A stretch of 64,000 nucleotides of DNA from Mycobacteriales bacterium (GTDB lineage: Bacteria; Actinomycetota; Actinomycetes; Mycobacteriales; QHCD01). Below the pieces are notes generated by a model. The model was given only the letters and a program-made list of their open reading frames with translations, had not been told where the DNA came from and searched no databases. Each line of letters begins with the position of its first letter. Within the stretch, counting starts at the first letter, position 1. The translations under genes were made by a program, and so were the position numbers. Shown in pieces: positions 47,186 through 55,670 of this stretch. Location of the stretch: the NCBI GenBank assembly GCA_038253135.1, contig JBBSHJ010000001.1:1901-65900 (forward strand). Direction: 5' to 3'.

Positions 47186-47509
47186 CTGATTTCGAACACC
47201 AGCTTGCCCACAACAGGTTGCCAAACCCCGCGGACCGGCGGCGGACGGGTCGTTCCCGAAGGAAGCCGGTTCAGCATACGCGAGCGCCGCGGGTGGTCCC
47301 AAACGGCGTCAGCCGCGAGGCCGACCGGGGGGCGAGATAGCCGTCGTACCCCGATGTGCCGTGTTGCGCCGGGCAGGGGCGGATATCGCCTCGGCTTCGG
47401 CCGGTCGCGTCGCCGTCAGTTGGTGCGGCCGATGCGGGTCAGCGGGCTTTACCCCCGTCGGTCTTGGTGATTGCGTCACGGACAACTTCCAGCCCGAGGG
47501 GAATCCGAG

Positions 47510-49405
47510 ATGCTCTCGCTCGACGTGCACGGTGCCGTTTACGCGGACAAGGTTCGCGGCTGCTGGGTGGGCAAGAACGCCGGCGGCACGCTGGGCACGC
47601 CGCTGGAGAAGGCGTACGGCGAGGAGGAGCCGTTCGACGTCTGGTGGTACCCGGAACTGCGGGAGGGCGGCCTGCCGAACGACGACCTGGAGATCCAGCT
47701 GATCTGGCTGAAGGCGCTCGAGGAGGTCGGTCCGGCTCTGACCGCGACCGATCTCGCGCAGTACTGGCTCGACCACGTCGGCTACAACTTCGATGAATAC
47801 GGGCTGTCGAAGACGAACCTGCGCCTCGGTCTGAGCCCACCCGTCAGCGGGCACTTCAACAACTGGTTCATCGACTGCATGGGAAGCCCGATCCGCTCGG
47901 AGATCTGGGCGTGCGTCGCGCCGGGGCTGCCCCGGATCGCGGCCCGCTATGCCTATGAGGACGCGATCTGCGACCACGCCGGCGGGGAGTCCGTCTACGG
48001 CGAGCTCTTCAACGTGGCGGTGCAATCCGCCGGTTTCGTGATCGACGATGCGCTCCGGCTGGTCGACATCGGGCTCTCGTACGTCCCCGCCGACAGCCAG
48101 ACGGCCAAGGCGGTCCGCGCGGCCGTCGACGCGCACGCGGCCGGCGTCGACTGGCAGGAGGCCCGCCGTCGGGTCCTGGCCGCGACCCCGCACTACGTCG
48201 CGCAGTACTCACCGATCAACCTCGGCTTCCAGGTGATCGGGCTGCTCTACGGGACCGACTTCGCAAGCGGCATCTGCATCACCGTCAACTGCGGCTACGA
48301 CACCGATTCCTCGGGCGCGTCGATCGGCAGCTATCTCGGCATCCTCGCCGGCGCCGGTGGGCTCCCGGCGAAATGGACCGAGCCGCTCGGTGAGTCCATT
48401 TCCACCAACGAGTCGTGGGGCGGCGTACGCCACCTTTCCGACGGCCCCAATCCCGCACCGAACAACCTCGACGACCTCGTCGCCCGGATCCGAGCCGCCG
48501 CCGAGCGGGTCCTCACCGCACACGGCTGCCTCGGCGCCGACGGCGCGGTCACCGTCGCCGAGGCGGACCTTTATGCCGACGACGACGTACGCCGCCGCCG
48601 GGACGCCAACCCGTTGCGGGCGATCGGCACGGGATCCGTCGCCGGCGTCACGATCGAGTACGACGGGACACCCGGCGTCGTGCCGGGGTCATCGACGCGG
48701 GTCGTTACCCGGCTCGCGAACCGGCACCCGGACCCCATCGAAGCGACCGTCCGGCTGAGGGGGCCCGACGGTTTCGATGCGCCGCCGCCGGTCACGGTGA
48801 CGCTCCCGCCGGGGGACACCGTGCTCGACTGGATCATCGGCGTGCCCGGCCGCGCGCTCCTGGACGACTCCAACCGGCTGTTCGTCGAGGTGTCCGCCCC
48901 CGGCCGGCCGGCGCAGGCCGCGACGCCGCTGGTGCTGATCGGGGCCGGCGCGTGGCGGGTCGCCGGCCCGTTCCCGCTGGATGCGGACCGGGAGGCGGCG
49001 CGGCCCGACGGCGACGGTGACAGCTGGCGCGATCTGGCGGTGATCGGCAACGCGGTACCCCTCGACGGTGTGCTCACGGCGCCCGGCGTCCTGCACCTGC
49101 AGACATTCCTGCGCAGCCCCGACCGCCGCGACGTCTACCTGATGCTCGACAGCAGCTGTCCCAACACGGTGTGGCTCAACCGACGGCAGGTCGGCCGCCG
49201 GCCGGACAGCCGGCCGATCCGCCCGAGTTACGGCGGCTCGGACATCGAGACGACGCTCGAGCCGGGATGGAACGAGCTGCTGGTGACGCTGGCTACCGAC
49301 CGTGACGGACCACCGGACTGCCACCTGCTCATCAGCAGCCGTGACGTCTTCCGCAACGGCGGGTACGACGTCGGCCGGACCCGGTTCCCGTGGGACGAGG
49401 ACTGA
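47510..49405 (+). CDS. ADP-ribosylglycohydrolase-family protein with ~300-aa C-terminal Ig-like + jelly-roll-like extension
   Basis: ATG 47510 is preceded by GAGGGGA. N-terminal half: VRGCWVGKNAGGTLGTPLE, NDDLEIQLIWL, DHAGGESVYGELF, CGYDTDSSGASIGSYLGIL (ARH-fold metal-site motifs). C-terminal half: VYLMLDSSCPNTVWLNRRQVG...LEPGWNELLVTL, resembling carbohydrate-binding jelly rolls. Confidence 0.8.
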   Translation: MLSLDVHGAVYADKVRGCWVGKNAGGTLGTPLEKAYGEEEPFDVWWYPELREGGLPNDDLEIQLIWLKALEEVGPALTATDLAQYWLDHVGYNFDEYGLSKTNLRLGLSPPVSGHFNNWFIDCMGSPIRSEIWACVAPGLPRIAARYAYEDAICDHAGGESVYGELFNVAVQSAGFVIDDALRLVDIGLSYVPADSQTAKAVRAAVDAHAAGVDWQEARRRVLAATPHYVAQYSPINLGFQVIGLLYGTDFASGICITVNCGYDTDSSGASIGSYLGILAGAGGLPAKWTEPLGESISTNESWGGVRHLSDGPNPAPNNLDDLVARIRAAAERVLTAHGCLGADGAVTVAEADLYADDDVRRRRDANPLRAIGTGSVAGVTIEYDGTPGVVPGSSTRVVTRLANRHPDPIEATVRLRGPDGFDAPPPVTVTLPPGDTVLDWIIGVPGRALLDDSNRLFVEVSAPGRPAQAATPLVLIGAGAWRVAGPFPLDADREAARPDGDGDSWRDLAVIGNAVPLDGVLTAPGVLHLQTFLRSPDRRDVYLMLDSSCPNTVWLNRRQVGRRPDSRPIRPSYGGSDIETTLEPGWNELLVTLATDRDGPPDCHLLISSRDVFRNGGYDVGRTRFPWDED

Positions 49406-49526
49406 GGATTCCGCTAGCCGGCTAGCTGTGTACGGATGAGGACCACGGTGGCGTCGCTTTTCCGATTCGGGCTCCCGCGCTCAGCGGCCGATTTCACCCC
49501 GTCAGTCCCTACGCGTCACACGTCGG

Positions 49527-49985
49527 TTGCGGGTACATTCTCGATGCGTGGCAGACCTCCGAGATGACGCGATCAACCTGCTCGGCGCTGCGGCCCGTGC
49601 CGTCCGCACGGCGACCGACCGCAGGCTGGCGAAATACGGCGTCTATGCCGGCCAGCACCTGATCCTGGCCTGCCTGTGGGAGGAGGACGGGCTGACGCCG
49701 AGCCAGGTCGCGTCCCGGCTGGCGCTCGAAACGCCGACCGTGACACGGGCCGTGCAGCGGATGGAGGCGGCGGAACTGATCGAACGGCGGGGCGACATCC
49801 GAGACGGGCGGCTGGTCCGCATCTGGCTGCTACCCAAGGGCAGGACGATGAGACGGGTCATCGGCCGCGTCACCGACCAGGTCCGGGCCGAGGTCTTCGC
49901 CGATCTGAACCCTCGGGAGCAGGCGATGCTGGCCAATCTGCTGTCGAAGCTGACGCTGCCCCGTAGCCGCACCGGCTCGGAGTGA
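49527..49985 (+). CDS. MarR-family transcriptional regulator
   Basis: LILACLWEEDGLTPSQVASRLALETPTVTRAVQRMEAAELIERRGDIRDGRLVRIWLLPKG. Start is TTG 49527 or GTG 49548. Confidence 0.85.
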   Translation: MRVHSRCVADLRDDAINLLGAAARAVRTATDRRLAKYGVYAGQHLILACLWEEDGLTPSQVASRLALETPTVTRAVQRMEAAELIERRGDIRDGRLVRIWLLPKGRTMRRVIGRVTDQVRAEVFADLNPREQAMLANLLSKLTLPRSRTGSE

Positions 49986-50029
49986 GACAGCCGCACCGGC
50001 TCGGAGTGAGACAGCCGCACCGGCTCGGA
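49965..50029. repeat. 24-bp tandem repeat, 2.7 copies (AGCCGCACCGGCTCGGAGTGAGAC)
   Basis: Identical units at 49965-49988 and 49989-50012, with a partial third unit at 50013-50029. The first unit contains the last six codons and the TGA stop of the MarR gene. The array ends 5 nt before the stop of the convergent LacI gene. Confidence 0.95.
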
Positions 50030-50034
50030 ATCAA

Positions 50035-51060
50035 TCAGCGGCTTCGGATCGAGCTGCCGCGGATCAGCAGGGTCGCCGGGAGTACGACGTGCATCGGTTC
50101 GCCGGTCTCGCCGCGGATCCGGCGCAGCAGCAGGGTCGCGGCCTCGCGGCCGATCTCGTACGTCGGCTGGGTCACGACGGTCAGGGGCGGATTGACGGCG
50201 GTGGCCCAGCTCGACTGGTCGAAGCCGACCACCGCGAGGTCGTCGGGCATGGTGAGGCCGGCGGCGGTGATCGCCTCGAGCGCGCCGATCGTCATGAGGT
50301 TGTTGGCGACGAAGAGCCCGTCGAGCTGCTGATCGGCGAGCAGCACCGAGGTGGCGACACGCCCGCCCTCGACCCGAAAATCGCCGCTGACGACGAGGCC
50401 CGCCTCGGCGTCGACCCCGGCCCGCTTCAGGGCGGCCTTGTAGCCGGCCATCCGGCGGGAGCCGGTCGTCGTACTCCTCGGGCCCGAGACGAAGCCGATC
50501 CGGCGGCAGCCCTGCTCGATCAGGTGGGTGGTCGCGTCGTCGGCGGCGCGTTGGTTGTTGACCATCACGCTGTCGACCGCCGCCCCGGGCACCCGGCGGT
50601 CGACCGTGACGACAGGGATCCGACGCTCGGTGAGGATGGAGAGCTGGTGCTCGGACGGCGAGGACGGCGAGAGCACCACGCCGGCCATCTGCTCGGCTGC
50701 GGCGACCTCGAGATAACGGCGTTCCTTGGCGCCGTCCTCGTCGGTGTTGGCAAGGACGACCGAATAATCGGCCTCCTGCGCGGCGTCCTCGATGCCCCGG
50801 ACCATCGAGGTGAAGAAGGGATTGGTGATGTCCGAGATCAGCACGCCGAGCACGGTGGTGGCGCGGGTCCGCAGGCTGCGGGCCGCGCCGTTGGGCCGGT
50901 AGCCGAGATCGGCGATGGCCGCGTCGACCCGCTCGCGCAGCGCGGCCGCGACGTCGGTGCGACCGTTGAGCACCCGCGATACCGTCGCCGGCGACACCCC
51001 GGCGGACGCAGCCACGTCGCGAATCGTGGTCGGCACGGGCTCCTCCGAATCGTCGGTCAC
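50035..51060 (-). CDS. LacI-family transcriptional regulator
   Basis: TIRDVAASAGVSPATVSRVLNGRTDVAAALRERVDAAIADLGYRPNGAARSLR, plus a sugar-binding effector domain. Confidence 0.9.
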   Translation of the reverse strand: MTDDSEEPVPTTIRDVAASAGVSPATVSRVLNGRTDVAAALRERVDAAIADLGYRPNGAARSLRTRATTVLGVLISDITNPFFTSMVRGIEDAAQEADYSVVLANTDEDGAKERRYLEVAAAEQMAGVVLSPSSPSEHQLSILTERRIPVVTVDRRVPGAAVDSVMVNNQRAADDATTHLIEQGCRRIGFVSGPRSTTTGSRRMAGYKAALKRAGVDAEAGLVVSGDFRVEGGRVATSVLLADQQLDGLFVANNLMTIGALEAITAAGLTMPDDLAVVGFDQSSWATAVNPPLTVVTQPTYEIGREAATLLLRRIRGETGEPMHVVLPATLLIRGSSIRSR

Positions 51061-51200
51061 GCGGTCGGGACGACCGGCTTCGGCGAAAGCCTACGTCCAC
51101 CCGCGCCGGCGAGGTTGACATGCGTACGCCGTGGGCACGAATGTGTTCCGGGAAATCGTTCTATTTTGCGATCACGCCGATCCGCACGGAGGAATCAGAT

Positions 51201-52616
51201 ATGGCACGCATTGGGCTGCTGACGATGTCCGACGGCCGCGACTACGTCGCCCGTGACATCGACGCGCACTGCCGCTCGACGGAGGCCGAGATCGCCACCG
51301 CGCTCGAGGGTTCCGGGCACGAGGTCATCCGTGCCGAGGAGCCGATCACCACCAACGTGCTGGCCACCGGCGAGGCCCGGCGGATCGCGGCGAGCCGGCC
51401 CGACCTGACGATCTTCAGCTATCCGGTGTGGGCGTTCCCGCACTTCACGATGCTGGCCGCGGTCGAGACCACCGGTTCGCTGCAGCTGCTCGGCAACATC
51501 GATCCGCAGCAGCCTGGCATGGTCGGCATGCTCGCCGCCGCGGGCGGGCTCGACCAGATCGGCCGCCAGCACGCCCGCGCGTGGGGTGACATCTCCGATG
51601 ACGCCGTGCTGGGCCGGGTGCTCACGCAGGTGCGGGCCGCGAGCGCGGTCGGCGGGTTGCGCGGCACGACCTTCGGCCGGATCGGTGGCCGGCCGATGGG
51701 GATGTACACCGCCGTGGCGAACGCCGACCAGTGGGTGTCGCAGTTCGGCGTCGACGTCGAGGAGATCGACCAGTTCGAGCTGGTCCGCCGGGCCCGCGAG
51801 ATCGACCCGTCGCGGGTCAAGGCGGGCATCGCCTGGCTGGAGAAGCACGCGGCCGGCGTGCATTACGACGGCAAGAAGCTGACGCCCGACACGCTCGGCC
51901 GCCAGGTCGCGACGTACCACGCGATGCGCGAGCTGATCGAGGAGTGGAACCTTTCCTTCTCCGGCATCAAGGGCCAGCCGGAGCTGACCGGCCACTGGTG
52001 CACGATGGACGTCGCCGAGGCGTTCCTGAACGACCCCTATGACTGGGAGGGTCCGAAGGACACGCACGTCACCGCGACCGAGGCCGACATGGACGCGGCG
52101 CTGACGATGCAGATCCTCAAGCTGCTCTCCGGGGGCACTCCCGTGCTGTTCGCAGACGTTCGGCATTATCACGCCGACCGCGACATCTGGGACCTGTGCA
52201 ACTCCGGCCAGCACGCCACGTGGTACGCCGCCCGCAGCGACGACCCAGTCGAGAACATGGCCAGGGTCAATCTCTACCCGGAGGTGTTCTTCTTCCCCGC
52301 CGGCGGCGCGTCCGTGCATCACATCGCGGCGCCGGGGGACTGCACCTTCGCCCGCCTGACCCGCAAGGACCACCGCTACCGCATGCAGGTCGTGCGCGGA
52401 TCGTTCGAGTCCTACGACGACGCAACTAACACCAAGCTCGGCGCGCAGTCCACGCAGGAGTGGCCGCACGCCTTCACCCGGCTGCAGACCTCGGCCGAGG
52501 AATTCATCAGCAGTTACGGCTGCAACCACATTCACGCCGTACCCGGCGATTACGTCGCCGACCTCGAAGCGGTCTGCAACCTGCTCGACGTCGATTTCGT
52601 CCCGATGGGCCGCTAG
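51201..52616 (+). CDS. L-fucose/L-arabinose isomerase-family sugar isomerase
   Basis: ATG 51201 is preceded by GGAGGA. MARIGLLTMSDGRDYV..., an internal GIKGQPELTG, and C-terminal ...SYGCNHIHAVPGDY resemble the FucI-like family as I recall it. Confidence 0.75.
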   Translation: MARIGLLTMSDGRDYVARDIDAHCRSTEAEIATALEGSGHEVIRAEEPITTNVLATGEARRIAASRPDLTIFSYPVWAFPHFTMLAAVETTGSLQLLGNIDPQQPGMVGMLAAAGGLDQIGRQHARAWGDISDDAVLGRVLTQVRAASAVGGLRGTTFGRIGGRPMGMYTAVANADQWVSQFGVDVEEIDQFELVRRAREIDPSRVKAGIAWLEKHAAGVHYDGKKLTPDTLGRQVATYHAMRELIEEWNLSFSGIKGQPELTGHWCTMDVAEAFLNDPYDWEGPKDTHVTATEADMDAALTMQILKLLSGGTPVLFADVRHYHADRDIWDLCNSGQHATWYAARSDDPVENMARVNLYPEVFFFPAGGASVHHIAAPGDCTFARLTRKDHRYRMQVVRGSFESYDDATNTKLGAQSTQEWPHAFTRLQTSAEEFISSYGCNHIHAVPGDYVADLEAVCNLLDVDFVPMGR

Positions 52617-54097
52617 TGGCGGGACTGCTGCTTGGCATCGATATCGGCACGTCGAGTTCGAAGGGCGTGCTCGCCCGCTCGGACGGCACGCTGGTGGCGA
52701 CGGCGGTGCGGGAGCACCGCACATCGACGCCGCGGCCCGGGTGGGTCGAGCACGACGCGGAAACGGTCTGGTGGCCCGACTTCTGTCAGATCACTTCCGA
52801 ATTGCTGGCGGTTTCCGACGAACCGGTCGTTGGGTTGGGTTTGTCCGGCATTGGTCCCTGCGCCGTCGTTTGTGATGAGATCGGTACGCCGTTACGGCCG
52901 GCGATTCTCTACGGCGTCGACACCCGCGCGACTGCGCAGATCGAGGCCCTGACCGAGCGGTACGGCGCGGACGCGATCCGCGAGCGATGCGGCTCGATCC
53001 TCACCAGCCAGGCGATCGGGCCGAAATTCCAGTGGCTGCGGGACAACGAGCCGTCGGTGTGGGAGCGCACCCGTCGCTTCTTCATGGCCAGCTCGTTCCT
53101 GGTCCACCGCCTCACCGGGCGTTACGTGCTCGACCATCACTCGGCCAGCCAATGCACCCCGCTCTATGACCCACAGGAGCATTCCTGGATCTCCGACTGG
53201 TGCTCCGATATCGCCCCTGGTCTGGAAATGCCTGATCTGGCTTGGCCGGGTAAAATCGTGGGGCAGGTTTCGCCGTCAGCTGCCGCGGCTACGGGGCTGC
53301 CGGCTGGCACACCCGTCATTGGTGGAACCATCGACGCCTGGGCCGAGGGCGTCTCCGCCGGCGCGATCGATCCGGGCGATCTGATGTTGATGTACGGCAC
53401 CACGATGTTCATGGTCGAGGTGCTGCGCGAGCGGCGTACCCACCCCACCTTGTGGGGCACCGTCGGCGTGCTGCCCGACACCTACAACTTCGCCGCCGGC
53501 ATGGCCACCTCCGGGGCCGTCACCGACTGGCTGCGGCAGGTGACCGGGACGTCGTACGACGTCCTGACCGGCGAGGCGGAGACGGCCGGGCGCGGCGGCG
53601 ACGGGCTGCTGATGCTGCCGTATTTCGCCGGCGAGCGCACGCCGATCTTCGACCCCGACGCGCGGGGCACCCTCATCGGCCTGACCACCCAGCACACCCG
53701 GGGGCACCTCTACCGGGCGGCGCTGGAGGCGACGGCGTACGGCGTCCGGCACAACCTCGAGGCCATGCGCGTGGCCGGCGGTGTCGACGAGCGGCTGGTG
53801 GCCGTCGGCGGCGGCACCAAGGGCGGACTGTGGACGCAGATCGTGTCCGACGTGCTACAGCAGCCGCAGGACCTACCGCAGGAGACCGTCGGGGCCAGCT
53901 ACGGCGACGCCTTCCTGGTGGCGCGGGCGCTCGGGCTGGCCGAGGATCCACGCGACTGGAATCCGATCGCGACCACCGTCGAGCCCGATCCGGCGGCCGC
54001 CGCGGACTATAACGAGCTCTACCGGCTCTATCGCGAGCTCTATCCGGCGACCCGGGAGATCGCGCACGCGCTGGCGAGGCGGCAACGCGCGGGCTGA
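52616..54097 (+). CDS. FGGY-family carbohydrate kinase (xylulokinase-like)
   Basis: GTG 52616 overlaps the isomerase stop (TAGTG). LLLGIDIGTSSSKGVL...GWVEHDAE...VGGGTKGGLWTQIVSDV. Confidence 0.9.
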   Translation: MAGLLLGIDIGTSSSKGVLARSDGTLVATAVREHRTSTPRPGWVEHDAETVWWPDFCQITSELLAVSDEPVVGLGLSGIGPCAVVCDEIGTPLRPAILYGVDTRATAQIEALTERYGADAIRERCGSILTSQAIGPKFQWLRDNEPSVWERTRRFFMASSFLVHRLTGRYVLDHHSASQCTPLYDPQEHSWISDWCSDIAPGLEMPDLAWPGKIVGQVSPSAAAATGLPAGTPVIGGTIDAWAEGVSAGAIDPGDLMLMYGTTMFMVEVLRERRTHPTLWGTVGVLPDTYNFAAGMATSGAVTDWLRQVTGTSYDVLTGEAETAGRGGDGLLMLPYFAGERTPIFDPDARGTLIGLTTQHTRGHLYRAALEATAYGVRHNLEAMRVAGGVDERLVAVGGGTKGGLWTQIVSDVLQQPQDLPQETVGASYGDAFLVARALGLAEDPRDWNPIATTVEPDPAAAADYNELYRLYRELYPATREIAHALARRQRAG

Positions 54098-54283
54098 CCC
54101 ACCCCGCGGAGCGTCTTGTCGCCGATTATTGCGGCCTCGAAGGGGCCGTCGGTGCCGCACAAGTCGGCGACAGGACGGCTGGGGTCGGCGTGCTGCACGC
54201 GTCGCGCTCGCGTCGTCTCCGGGGATCCGCCGAGGTGATGTAGGCGCCCGTCCTTCAGGCCCGTCGGCGGCTACCGTCTGGCG

Positions 54284-54565
54284 ATGGACATTGACTGGAG
54301 CGCCGAGGTGGTCGACCAGCTGGAGTCGCACTGGCGGCATCGGCTCAGGCCCCGTCTGGACGGGCTGACCGACGACGAGTACTTCTGGCAGCCGGTCCCC
54401 TACTGCTGGACGATCAGCCGCCGAGGTCAAAGCTCTGCGCCGATCTCCTTCGGGACGGGCGAGTTCACCATGGACTTCGGTGAGCCGCCGCACGAGCGGG
54501 AGCCGGTGACGACGATCGCGTCTAGGACACGAGGAAGCTGGTCAGAGCCAAGGACCGGTAGGTGA
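54284..54565 (+). pseudogene. DinB-family gene truncated after ~78 codons
   Basis: MDIDWSAEVVDQLESHWRHRLRPRLDGLTDDEYFWQPVPYCWTI...EPVTTIA matches the N-terminus of ~190-aa actinobacterial DinB-family proteins. The expected WRLxH continuation is replaced by unrelated sequence from about nt 54518, with a stop at 54563-54565. Confidence 0.55.
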
Positions 54566-54690
54566 GGTCGGGATAACCGCGGCCTGCGTGGAAGGATCGC
54601 AGCGTTCCGCGAGGGCACGCCGGACCACGCCTTGCAGGTGCGTGACAGGGCCATGGTGGGGTCGCTCGAAGACCGGATGCCCGCCATGGC

Positions 54691-55380
54691 ATGGTCGGCG
54701 CCGTGACGTCGCGACGCCATCCGCTGGACAACCCGGCACTCTTCTCCCTCGCGGGCGCGCATGCCGGGCTCGCGGAGCGGCGCGGCCGAGCCGCGGTCTA
54801 TCCGCCCGACGTGTCGCCCTTTGCCGGCATCCCGGCCGCACCGGTCGCCCGGGACTGGGCCGATCTGGCCGCGCTGGTCGGGCCGGATCGTCGGGCGCTG
54901 TTGGTCGGCGCTCCCCAGCCGCCCGATGGCTGGCGGGTGCTCGGCGGGCTGCCCGGCGTACAGCTGGTCGACGACGGCGCGGCAGGGGCGGCCGATCCCG
55001 AAGCCGTCCGGCTCGGCCCGGCCGACGTGCCGGAAATGCTGGAGCTCGTCGCCGCGACCCGGCCGGGACCGTTTCGGGAGCGCACCGTCGAGATGGGCAC
55101 CTATCTTGGGATTCGCCGTGGCGGCGCGCTCATCGCCATGGCCGGGCAGCGACTGCAGCCGGCTGGCTGGGTCGAGATCAGCGCCGTCTGCGCCGACCCC
55201 GCGTGGCGGGGGCAGGGCCTGGCCAGCCGGCTCATCCGCGCCATCATCGCCGACATCCGCGACCGCGGGGCCCGGCCGATGCTGCACACCGGCACCGACA
55301 ACGACGGCGCCCTCCGGCTCTACACCCGGCAACGGTCCACGCTGCCCTGCCAGCGCAGCATCCGGCGAGTGATCAGATAG
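54691..55380 (+). CDS. GNAT-family (FR47-like) N-acetyltransferase, probably 3'-truncated or altered
   Basis: HPLDNPALFSLAGAHAGLAERRGRAAVYPPDVSPFAGI...VEISAVCADPAWRGQGLASRLIRAI...GALRLY. After LRLY (nt ~55323) the expected E-x-LGF ending is replaced by TRQRSTLPCQRSIRRVIR. Confidence 0.6.
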   Translation: MVGAVTSRRHPLDNPALFSLAGAHAGLAERRGRAAVYPPDVSPFAGIPAAPVARDWADLAALVGPDRRALLVGAPQPPDGWRVLGGLPGVQLVDDGAAGAADPEAVRLGPADVPEMLELVAATRPGPFRERTVEMGTYLGIRRGGALIAMAGQRLQPAGWVEISAVCADPAWRGQGLASRLIRAIIADIRDRGARPMLHTGTDNDGALRLYTRQRSTLPCQRSIRRVIR

Positions 55381-55601
55381 GGCCAACCGAGCGGGTTGGC
55401 ACGGTCGGTCGACCAGTGGACCACCTCGGCGGCGGGGATGTCCGCTGCGGCGAGCATGCGGTGGCCGGTGACTTCGTTCCGCACGGCCCGCGCCGCTGCG
55501 CCGGCCCTGGGTACACCACAACCGCTGACCATCACGCTCAGTCGGAGGGTGTCCCGGGTGCGTGACCGCGTCCCGAAGACAAGCTGTTCGAACGACGTCA
55601 C
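55320..55601 (-). pseudogene. N-terminal fragment of an aminoglycoside/choline-kinase-type phosphotransferase (APH-like)
   Basis: ...AARAVRNEVTGHRMLAAADIPAAEVVHWSTDRANPLGWPYLITRRML... fits the N-lobe pattern of APH-family kinases. The ORF stops after 93 codons, inside the 3' end of the convergent GNAT gene. Confidence 0.4.
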
Positions 55602-55670
55602 GCTAACGGGTCAGAGCGCGGGCGTCGCGTGGATTGGTGCGAGCACCGATCGGCGGGGCCGGAGGCGGGC

